Both the position numbers and the translations under genes were made by a program. This document shows positions 1 through 10,353 of a stretch of DNA of 26,106 bases, one piece after another. Under the pieces are notes generated by a model. That model worked only from the letters and a program-made list of their open reading frames with translations. It did not search any database and was not told the origin of the DNA. Numbering within the stretch: position 1 is the stretch's first letter; each line of letters starts with the position of its first letter. Source of the stretch: Dimargaris cristalligena (Eukaryota); NCBI GenBank assembly GCA_003614675.1, contig ML002214.1, positions 62,001-88,106 on the forward strand. The letters are read 5' to 3'.

Positions 1-101
1 ATAAAAGGGCAATGTATGACAGGGATGGTGCGGATGAAGTGGTATGGATAGAATGGGAGTTGCTATTGATATTGATTAGAAAGAAGGCGCTCTGCCTGGG
101 G

Positions 102-111
102 TATTTATATA
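102..111 (-). promoter_or_regulatory. Probable TATA box of a minus-strand gene lying left of the window
   Basis: Minus strand reads TATATAAATA, followed by about 100 nt of pyrimidine-rich, 5'-UTR-like sequence running off the window edge. Confidence 0.4.
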
Positions 112-620
112 ATTTCCCAGCAGCCGGTCACCCAGCGTCCTCTTTGCCTCGTTCAACATTTCCTACCACTGGGTATCCTCCAAACGATCCCTGTGGATTC
201 CTCCCAAAGTACCGTAGGTTAACAATCGCCTATAAACCACCAGCATCTCTACTACCCCTGCTCTAGGAATGTAACAAAGGGCTGGTTGATATTACAATGA
301 TCTATGGTCGGTTCACAGTTGTCTATAGTCAGAGGGGTTGCCGAATGCACCTTTCCTCGACTGCCTCGTCTTTCTGGCCCCACGACTTTGTGGACGGTCA
401 GCATAGTTTGACTCCCCACAAGCAGTCGATATTGTTCATCAATATGACCAACCGCTGAATATGGCTTGATCTCCGTAGTATAATGGGGTGTAGGATTCAA
501 GATTGGAGTCAAACTGCTGGTGTATTCTTCACATCATTGTTCGTCAAGGAGATCCTTAGATATTGTGCCGATTATATTATCTCTCCCACTGCTCTGCCTT
601 ACGGGCCGATCACTCCCTTT

Positions 621-650
621 CCCTTCATTTCCCCTCCCTTCATTTCCCCT
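621..650 (+). repeat. Pyrimidine-rich tandem repeat, 2 x 15 nt (CCCTTCATTTCCCCT) with degenerate flanks
   Basis: Direct repeat at 621-635 and 636-650, with a partial third copy after it. Confidence 0.8.
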
Positions 651-1348
651 CCCTTCCTTTCATTTCACCCATCGCCTCTCTTCATATTTGAGTGATGGGA
701 TCTCCCGTCCATATCTCTGTAATAGTTCAATATCTCATTCCTTTGGCTTAAGAACTGGATTGCCGTGATTACCTGTTCACTATATTTTCATCATAATCGA
801 CCAGCCAACGCTCTGATCGACACTTTATATAAATTAAATGTAGGCTTATCCACCTTGCCTCTTTAGATATTATACTATCGATATCGCCCGCCTACCCCAA
901 CTTCACCAAGCTATAACGAAATGCCGATGGGTGTTCTCGTTAGTTTACCCCCCTCCGTTTCCATATCACCAATATGACCTTACCGTGTGTCTGTCATACC
1001 ATATGTGATTTTGGCCAGAATGGCACTGTAGAATTGTAGGCATAGTATATGACTCTAGGTTGAGCGAGCTTAAACCAAATACATTTACTTATAATATAAA
1101 AATATGTTATACTGACAGTGCAATACTAAGTGTCCCATAGAATTGACTAAAGTATGGTCATCATTTCTGAAGCCTTCAAACCTAGTAGGATGGCTGTGCC
1201 GGGGGGTCTAACTGGTTGATACCTGCCAGCTGTTACAATTTACTAACTGTACCACTACAGAGTAGGGGTGGAGGTGTCTCTCTAAGCTAGTAGTAGCCAG
1301 TGCACTTCCAAACCATTACAATGTTGCTATTTTCCTATTATATTGGTT

Positions 1349-1681
1349 ATGACCAAGTCCTGTTATTCTACAATATACCTACCCCAAATATACAGCTTCA
1401 AATGATTGCACCAAATAACTGAGGAATTGGACATATTCGGGGTCAAGATATCTTCCTCCAATGGTTTAACTGCATAGTATTTGAAATTACTCATGGAACA
1501 GAATATAGAAGAAGTCCAGTATAGCTGTGAGAATACTATTGTTAGGAATTGGCCTTGTCAACTGGACTTGGAGGTATGGATAGAGGACATCCCCCTCTCC
1601 TTCAGTGCAGTCGATAAGATCTGGGTTAAGTCGGGCCTTATAAACAAGAGGGTCATTGAAGAATCCCGACAGGATTTCTAA
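1349..1681 (+). pseudogene. Possible decayed coding relic (pseudogene or transposon remnant), product unknown
   Basis: Frame from ATG 1349 is protein-like (...QITEELDIFGVKISS...YLKLLMEQNIEEVQY...LEVWIEDIPLSF...) but broken by TGA 1403-1405 and TAG 1475-1477. The region is CpG-poor. No family recognised. Confidence 0.25.
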
Positions 1682-2349
1682 CTTGGGCTATTATCTAGGA
1701 GGTAGTGTAGCAAGTTCCCAATATCCTGGAACTGATATACTTTGCTTATTATTCCATGGCCTAACCAATCATGCATTATTGACAGTAGTTGTCACAATTT
1801 TACATTTGCCAATGTGTGTTTCTCGTTTGCTATCAGGCACCTTTTATTAACCTTTATTTTTGTTTTTTAATGGATGGCTAATAAACTATTGAAAACACCA
1901 GGGGCACGAATAAAAACGATTACTTGTGGGGTCGTATTTGGGGGCTATAGCTAATATTGAATATATCCCCCCTATTATTGGCACTTAATTGAACACCAGT
2001 CATGCTTTTCTACCCTCTGTGAACTACTTGCCATTATATAAGCCACTACTAGTCCAGCGACTGCTCCCTATTTACTGGTTGGAAAAATGATAATGGAGGG
2101 GGGTGGACGTCCATTTATGCAAAGACGCCCCCCACACACCATTCACCAAAACCCACTGGTTAAAGAAGTATTTTTCTGTCAGTGCATCCATTTTGTAACT
2201 TGGGCTCTTCCACCCGTGTGCTAGTTTAACGTTTTCCTATTGCCCCACCCACTACTACATCGGCGTAAAAACCACATTCCCAGCCTTGGAGGTTACTTTC
2301 CAGTACCCTCGTTTTCCTCATCCTGCGACAACCCCCCTCTTCATTCAGC

Positions 2350-4185
2350 ATGGCCTTGTCCGACCCCGTCGTGCCCACAGCCTCCCGGGGTCGTCCCAAC
2401 CCTCTCGATGCCAATTCCACTAACATGCACTCCCCCAAACGCCAGCATACCACCCCCGGAACTCCCGTGGGCGGGGAGTCCGAGCCGGCCAGCCCATTGT
2501 TTCGCATTATATGGCACTGGACCCACGCTACCGAAATGCTAACGTGTTTGACGACGGGTCGCATTTCGGCCGAGAGTCGGGCGGTTCGCGGTGCCCAGGT
2601 GATCGTGGCGACCCAAAGTAGTAAAATCGCCATCTATTCAGCCTTTGGCCAGGTAAGTTAGTCGGGAATGCGTAGTCCCAGTTCGACCCAGCGGCGAGTA
2701 CTCAGGCGTACAGTTTCTAGCGGGCCCTAGTTTTCCAGGATAATAGGCGGAGTTTGATACGGTCCAACTCATGGTCTAAAACGCATGGCGTATTAACTCT
2801 TGAACCATTATGCCTTGATATTCTCCCACTTTCCCTTTGAATTCGGGTGACCCCTTACCGGGGAGTAACTCTAGCATGTCAAAACATTTGACACCAACTA
2901 CGAAGCGATTTGCAGTATGGCCACCGGTAACGTCACCCGGATAGCGATCACCCGCGCCCCCGCCGACGACCGACGCGACCCCAAACTCCGGTCGGTGCAG
3001 GGTCCATTCGAGGATCTCATTGTGGGCGATAGCCACGGTTCCGTGAGCGTCTACGGTACCGGTCTCCATTTACTTAGCCGCGATCAAGTGAGCACCAGTC
3101 CTATTCTGTGCATGCATATCCGCCCCACCACGCCGCTCTACCGCGACATCATCGCCGGTGATATGGCCGGCACGGTACTCAGCGTGGTGCACCATCAACT
3201 CAACTGGAAACGCCGTCTGGCGGACCAATTGGCGCATCTTCTAACCGTCCAGCAGCAGCAGAGGGCGGGTATTCCCTTGCTGAGTTCCGCACAGCTAGGT
3301 CGGGCCGGGTTGATTTCACCCATGCCCGGTCCCATTCGCTGCCTTTTAGGCGTGGATTTACCATCGGTGGGCCATCCCCAGACGGACTCGACTACGGTGG
3401 GCCTAGCCCCGTATATTTTGGTGGGAAGTCACCTGCCGTTACTCCAGGTCTTGAGCCAGGGCCAACTCGTTACCCTCATTGAACTGCCCGCTCCGCCCAT
3501 GACCCTGGCTAGTGGGTATTTTGTTGTTCCTACCAACCCAGTACTCACCGCCTCTTCTCCCACCTCTGTGACCATGGCTAGTCCCGATTCCAACACTGTC
3601 ATGTCACCCCCGACCGACACTGCCGTGCACCCCGATATCAGTACCGTTACCACCCCTCCCCATCGGCCCACTCAAGTCATCGTCGGCTGTGATGACGGGA
3701 CCGTGCACCTTATCGATGACCAGCTCCAGCCCCATTTATTATTCCAGTGTGACTATACGGTTACTCAACTACATACTTTCCGCCCTTACTATGTACCCCC
3801 ACCAAACCAAGGGTCGCCATCAACATCCACTTCATCGGCCGCGCCATCGCCAGCCCAACCATCACCCATATCATCGTCAGCGACATCCTCTCCTAACCCA
3901 GCGACATCCCTGTCCACTCAAACCCCGACCCATGGACCAGATGCCTCGGTATGTGACTGGATAGTCGTGGCTGGCCATACCAACCGCTTGTTTGTGTACG
4001 AAGGAACCTGTTGCCGGACCGAACTCGAACTCAATGACTGGCCTTTGGACGTCAGTGTGACCGATTTGGACTACGATGGGTACCCCGAAATCATCGTGTT
4101 AGAGGGTGAACGGGCCGTTAAAACATTTGGTTTGGAAACTCAACTGTCCGTTTCAACGACTACAGATAACAGCTCTACGACTTAG
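2350..4185 (+). CDS. FG-GAP-type beta-propeller protein, BBS7/ITFG2-like, about 537 aa; exons 2350-2652 and 2875-4185
   Basis: Phase-0 intron 2653-2874 (GTAAGT...GTAAC-TCTAG) joins the two ORFs in frame (...YSAFGQ|HVKTFDTNYEAICSM...). Repeated blade motifs DLIVGDSHGSVSVY, DIIAGDMAGTV, QVIVGCDDGTVHLI, WIVVAGHTNRLFVY and C-terminal DLDYDGYPEIIV, with Pro/Ser/Thr-rich insertions. AATAAA near 4250. Confidence 0.8.
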
Positions 4186-5018
4186 GCATTTATATTTGTT
4201 GCGGGTTTGTAATTTTGTAATATGGGGCCTATAATCATAGCCTCTCCTCAATAAAATATTTATTTGATCGAAACGATTTGACGTTTCCCTAAACCGTGGA
4301 CGATTCGATGACCAATAAATCAGTACTAAGCCTATGCGAGACTACCACTGGCCAAAATGGCCCCAAACTTGCGCTTCCCTAGCATGACCTTCGCTCTGGG
4401 CCAATTGGTAGGTTAGAGGGAGGGGAGGATAGCCATATATCTATTAATGTGACCCGGTGCGGTGCCCGTTGGCCTCCTATACTAACTAGGGCCTTTACAG
4501 CCCCCTTCTTGGTAATTTGGCTATCCTGAATAGTGTAGGGGGATAGGCCCTACAAACCATAACCTGGCTTACCAAAATAACCGCAAAGAGGGTATATTGG
4601 TACTTCTGGTATATTGCTTACATCTTTCCTTCCCGTCATTTTCTGGCCCAATCTCTTCCGCTATAACTCTTTCTCGTCGATAGTGCCCGGTCCAGTTGAC
4701 AGTGGCTGGGTTCAGGGGGTCTGGGACTTTACCCAAAAATCCCATGATTATATTAATAATACTTCGAGTAGCTGTGGGGCATTACCCTCTGTACAGCTCA
4801 GTAAACTCAAAAATTGGGCTCAGCTTTTTGAGTATGTAGTCAACAAAAGGGTAGGCCACCACGCCCCCCAACCATGACCTGGGCCCCCGGGTTTATAATC
4901 ACCCGGCATACCTGATAATTTTTATTATCAGTCTAACACGTTCGGTGAAAGTACGGAGGGGGAGTAGGCATCCTACTGAGGAGTGCCATATGGGCGTAAT
5001 TTTTAACCCAGTCGTACT

Positions 5019-5035
5019 TATAAAACGATATAAAA
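5019..5035 (+). promoter_or_regulatory. Tandem TATA boxes upstream of the secreted-protein gene
   Basis: TATAAAA at 5019-5025 and 5029-5035, followed by a CT-rich leader and ACCATG start at 5208. Confidence 0.6.
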
Positions 5036-5207
5036 GGGCCATCTCCTGGAGCTCTTCAAATACGATCAACAATATCCACTACCTTGAGATATCACCACCT
5101 CTACCCCTCTCTTTGCTTCTATAGCCCCTCTTCACTTCCGCCCGCGCTATTCGACTGAAAAGTCGAATATCTTCTTTTTCCCCTTCCCTTCTTTACCTAC
5201 CCGCACC

Positions 5208-5531
5208 ATGCAGTTCTCCACCCTAAGCCAACTCATCCTAATCGTTGGAGTTTTGTGTGCTGCTACGAACGCCCACCCGGTTCCGTGTGATCAGAATAAC
5301 CCAGTCCCCGCTCAATCCACCTCTCCCCAGATGGCCCGGCGGGGTTTGAGTTCCACTGTACATCTGGCCTGTCGGTCCCCTAACGATGATGGAGGCGAAG
5401 AAAAGAAGCCCGGGGAAGATAACGAAGAAGGCGACGACGAAGAGGACAGCGAGGATGATGATGACGATGACAACAACGACGAAGAGGAGGACGAGGAAGG
5501 CGATAATGAAGAAGGCGAGGACGAAAAATAA
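5208..5531 (+). CDS. Small secreted protein (107 aa): signal peptide, putative Kex2 propeptide, polyacidic tail
   Basis: Hydrophobic N-terminus MQFSTLSQLILIVGVLCAATNA|HPV, dibasic MARR, 33 of the last 48 residues are D/E. TATA boxes upstream and good start context (CACCATG). Confidence 0.75.
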   Translation: MQFSTLSQLILIVGVLCAATNAHPVPCDQNNPVPAQSTSPQMARRGLSSTVHLACRSPNDDGGEEKKPGEDNEEGDDEEDSEDDDDDDNNDEEEDEEGDNEEGEDEK

Positions 5532-6558
5532 GATGCCAGCTCCAAACATCTTAACGAGTTCGCAGGCCAAGTGTACCAACAGCGACGATATGGCTGCCAA
5601 ATCGACTTGGTTCGTGACTCGGTCTGAACCCCCCTCCCCGAATCCGAGATAAATTAGCAACAGCTGTGCTTTTATCCAACAGCCTACATTCCTAAATATG
5701 ACTAGTTAGCGGTGAGGTAGTTTAAACTATTAATCCTACTCTAATCATATGTGCGTTTACACGGCGCTATTGTATTTTTATTCTCTTCAAACCAGGCATT
5801 GGATATTCGTCAACTTCTGTAGCCGGTCCTAGTCCAAATTGCTTCACTTTCAATACTGCTGTCTTTCATGATATATTGGTCTTTCAATCTTTAAAATAAA
5901 TATCTGGTTATATTTTTTGAATCAGCCCTTGTCTTCTATGAGCTGTCCGACGAGCCATCGGTTCATCCCTATATCATAGTGCGCCTTAACAGCATTAAGG
6001 CACAGGTTGTTTTTACTTCTAGAACATTTCTATTCTTGCCATATACTAAAAGACTTCGTGGTGTTAATCATCGGTCATTTATATCAACTAGATAGTAAAA
6101 AGGGTAGAGGTAAAATAAATCAGCCGAATCTAGTGGCTCACGCAGATAAACTGGTTTAATAGAATATTAGTATCACATCGTTAATAAATGCTGCCGACTT
6201 TTATTTATTAGCGTTACGTAGTATGCTCAATAGACAAGTCCAAGGTCCACAATAGTCGAATTAGTCGGCGTGCATGAGGAATAAACACGATAGATAATAA
6301 AGTTTGGCCGTAAAAATCAACCTAACTAAATAGGGCCAACTGGTAGATAGGAATAAAAGGAGGACGGTAAGAACCCCATTTTTACACTAACCTTCTTCTT
6401 TCCCCTCTATTAACATAATGAGCTTGTAAATCGAATCGACTTCTACATCCTCCATCTGCACCTCTTCCTCAGTCCCACAGACGACCCCATCCCCATTGGT
6501 TACTTCCAGCTCATTCTCCAGTACGAATCCCCCCTGTTGTTTACACATTCGCTCCGCC

Positions 6559-7384
6559 ATGGCCATCAACTCACCCAAAGAGACTCTATATGTTCACCGC
6601 TTGAACGAGAAGGTCAAGAAGCCCGAACTCAAGCGGTCGCTTTACGCGCTCTTCTCCACTTATGGGCGCATTGTTAATATTCGGGCCGCGAAGACCTCGA
6701 ATTTACGCGGCCAGGCCTTCATCGAATTCGTCGACGTGGGATCAGCGACCATTGCGATGCAGCGGCTGAATGGGTTTATTTTCTACGATCTGCCACTTGT
6801 AAGTTCCATTGAATCCAACCTAGATTAGGGTGTTACATCGTCTCCCAGCATTTGACCACGCACTATGCAGGGTGCTAGACCATATTGTTACGCGAGTGGT
6901 TAGTTTTATTTCTTGACTAGTAAACCCCGCCAATACAACTACTACCATGTATACTAGACAAATATACGGCCATGAACTCATGGGCACTCACTCCTTTAAT
7001 ATTACGAGCTACCAACTAAACCACCTCATATATTATATTGATGTTTATCACGGAAACCCTTTCATTTTTTTTGGTAATCGAATCTAGGTCATCGAGTACG
7101 CTAGATATAATTCGAAGTCAAACCAGTCCACTGAAGGGCAGAGTGCCGCGGACCAGTCCTCTTTGGCCACCGAAGGAGTGGCCTCCTTATCGATTTTTAA
7201 TACAGTGCATTCAACTGCTACAGTAACCACCGAAGCCGATGTGTCTGCTAAATCTAGTACAGAAGAGCCGGAAGACTTACCGGCTGCCAAACGGCCGAAA
7301 ACCGAACAAACGGTTAACCCAACGCCCGATAGCGACGATCAGGAGGAGGAGGAGGAGGAATCGAGTGGCGAAGAAAATGAATGA
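6559..7384 (+). CDS. U2 snRNP B''/U1A-family single-RRM protein (Msl1-like), about 178 aa; exons 6559-6798 and 7088-7384
   Basis: TLYVHRLNEKVKKPELKRSLYALFSTYG...KTSNLRGQAFIEF...LNGFIFYDLPL|VIEYAR matches the U1A/U2B'' RRM1. Phase-0 intron 6799-7087 (GTAAGT...TAG). The tail has PAAKRPK and an acidic end. Confidence 0.85.
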
Positions 7385-7846
7385 GTTGGTTGAATATTGT
7401 CGTTATTATTGCATTTTATTCAATCGTGGACTATTAGTAAACAATCATTGTGCTTCCCGTGTATATACGCATCTATGGCCTTAGTATGCCCTTTCTTCGG
7501 GGTCTAATTTACCTATGTCGGGTGATTGAAGGCAACTAAGGGTTGTAAATAGAATCTTCAAGTTAGAGGGCCTTATAGTGATCACGTGCAATACTTTGGT
7601 GGGATATCCTCCACAACAGTGGGAGTTTATATTTCGGAGGATGGGACCACCACGAGCCCCACTATATGAAACTGTAGCCCTATTGTAAAGGCCCATAATA
7701 TGTAAGTGGGTTGGTGGTAGTACTAGGCGAATTTTCACGGTAATATGTGGCCGCTCCTCACAGAAAAGTCAAAAATCAAACAGCAGGATAGAAGAGTAGA
7801 ACCATAGAGACTATATCCCATTAACTAGTACCTCACTTTAACCGGC

Positions 7847-7859
7847 CTCTTTCTTTCTC
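7847..7859 (+). promoter_or_regulatory. Pyrimidine tract at the likely RPL25 transcription start (TOP-like)
   Basis: CTCTTTCTTTCTC about 50 nt before the RPL25 ATG, typical of ribosomal protein gene leaders. Confidence 0.4.
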
Positions 7860-7901
7860 GTCGTCCATATTGTCCGGAAACGTCGATTCAAATATCTCGT
7901 C

Positions 7902-8869
7902 ATGGCCCCCAAATCTGGTAAGTGCGCGCGACACGACCAGTGTAAATCAACCATCCGTACCTTCGAAAGACGCCGTGCCCACCCTTCCCCCTGACGATTG
8001 TCGACCGAACGAACCACGATGCCGAGCCCACGCCCAACCGATTCCTCGAACGCCGCATCCATCCTCTACATTTACGTCAATCAAGGTTACTCTATCCTCG
8101 GACTCATCGATGGTTGGATGGATGGATGGATGACTACGTGGGCGAACCACGGCAGGGACGGGTCATCCAAATCTACGCAGGCCTCCACAATACTACCGCC
8201 TTAGGGCATGCGTAATGGGTGCTCCCGGATGTTCGTCCCGCCGCTGACTCTAGGTATCGCTTCGTGAATCTCATTTCGCCGCGGGAAGAAACGTCCGGAA
8301 TCGCCGGCTGGCCGATTGTCCCATCTTGGGGTTAACGATTCGCCTCCTTCATAGTCTTTGTGCATGTCCAACGACCCATTCTAACCCGTTCTTGATCTTT
8401 CTATACCACTATTTTTTATGTTGCTTCCTTAGCCACCAAGACCAGCCCCTCCGCCAAGGCTCAGGAGGCCCGCAAGGCCGCCCTGAAGGGTACCCTCGGC
8501 AAGGCCGCTCGCAAGATCCGCACCAACACCACTTTCCGCCGGCCCGTGACCCAGCGTCTGGCCAAGAACCCCAAATACCCCCGTGTGTCGATTCCCAGCC
8601 AGCCCCGTCTGGACAAGTACTCCGTCATCCGCCAGCCTCTGACCACCGAGTCGGCCATGAAGAAGATTGAGGAGAACAACACCCTGGTCTTTTTGGTTGA
8701 CCTCCGGGCCAACAAGCACCACATTCGTGATGCCATCAAGCGTCTCTACGATGTGGAGGCTATCCGCGTCAACACTCTGATCCGCCCCGACGGTCAGAAG
8801 AAGGCCTACGTGCGTCTTACCCCCGATGTCGATGCTTTGGACGTGGCCAACAAGATTGGTTTCTTGTAA
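7902..8869 (+). CDS. RPL25: 60S ribosomal protein uL23 (L25/L23a), about 150 aa; exons 7902-7917 and 8433-8869
   Basis: [15 protein letters not shown]...[11 protein letters not shown]...[22 protein letters not shown]...[31 protein letters not shown]. Phase-1 intron 7918-8432 (GTAAGT, branch CTAAC near 8381, TAG). Strong codon bias; AATAAA near 9007. Confidence 0.97.
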
Positions 8870-10353
8870 TCCTCTTCTTTGCAGCACTCTCAAATTTCGT
8901 ACTCTTACGAGTGTCTTTAAACTCACTCGATTGGTTGTGACTCCCCCCCCTTTTTCCTTGACGGCCTTGACTTTATCTCTACGTATAAAAACAGGATGGG
9001 GGAAACAATAAATTCTGTGTCTATCGTCTATGTTCAGCGCCATGTTTGGATCGACTGTATTGTTGGTTCGTTGGAAATAGTTTAATCGAAGTTCAGGGTT
9101 ATATTGGTTTGCAGCTGGAAACTTGATGCCCGATTGTCGGGGCTTATCGAAATTAAAAGTGATATTTCCTAGAATATCGGCTAGCTGGTCTGATTGTGAA
9201 CAAGTGACGAGATGCTCTTAACGTGTGATGAACGAGCTCCGATCATACGGAGCTATCTTCTAATTGTTATGATACTACATTGTCAGAATGAGGACATGTT
9301 CAGCCTTAATATTATAACTAAATAGGAGGACTCGGCTTTTTCTATTCCCGTTTCCCGAAAACTGCCATAGTTTACCACTGTCTTCTGCAAATGAGCACTT
9401 CTAGATGATAGTAGCAGGCATTGCTGGTCGAAGAATCGTGAAGACATGGCCGTGCTGTTAAACCTCACCTACTCTGTGTTTTCCTCGTGAACTAACTCAA
9501 CCGGTATAGGTAATTTGTTATCACGTTTATTCGCTAGGTTTAAACTAATTAAATGCTCAACTATTCAATATCCCAGATCGTTGCCGAATCCCATCTGCAA
9601 CTGGGTAATTGTTTGAAGAGAAGTATAATAGGCATAGTCGCTTATACACGCGTGGGATGAACAGTGATTAGGCGACGAGGTATCGACCACCACTATTCGC
9701 TCGTCAAACGACCATCACCAGTTGATTATTAGCCACTGTCTGTCTACTTTTTACCTTCAGGGTCCTGCGTTCAATCGCACCCATCTTTCGAATTGTAATC
9801 GACATCCACCCGCAGAATAAACCAAATTATCGACCTATCACGTGTCCTATTTAAAAAATGCCATTTCTTAGCGAGTAAGCCAACTTAACATGATTCCTTC
9901 AGTGTTGAATATGTCCTTCTTGAATATATGTCATCCCATAACTAGAATGGTTGGATATGCATGGCTACTTAAGCAACCGGTCCTAGCAACTCTTAGGAAC
10001 AGTACAAACAACGCAAAAATCAACGGGTTCTAAAAAGCACTCAATCGGATTGGTTGGCTCCTAAAGGGGTTGGCTTATGATTGATATGAGTCGTCTGAAT
10101 ACCGGAGACCGAGTCGTTGAGCACCTCGATATTCGGGGGCCAATGACGCTATGGACGTGGGTGCGACCCTGGGTGCCATTCTCACAAGATGTGAATGGTT
10201 AATGCCCTTGGCCGCAATGTCCAAAGATACATTTCGCTCATTTCCTTCAATAACAAAAATCAATTAATCCCTAATTACCGTATTAATATTTTATATTCCA
10301 TCTATCTTGTTTTATATTAACAGTGCGATAAATACAGGAGAGGCATGGCTTTA

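Noticed and set aside
2681..2689. Pol III B-box-like GTTCGACCC in an intron
   Set aside because: No T-arm stem, cloverleaf or convincing A box, so not a tRNA.
2909..2930. Alternative acceptor TTTGCAG at 2915, or an independent gene starting at ATG 2917
   Set aside because: Splicing to 2916 hits TAA after four codons, whereas the TAG at 2874 gives an in-frame join with a protein-like junction.
8429..9043. 204-aa minus-strand ORF and other ORFs overlapping RPL25
   Set aside because: Antisense or alternative-frame products of strong codon bias.
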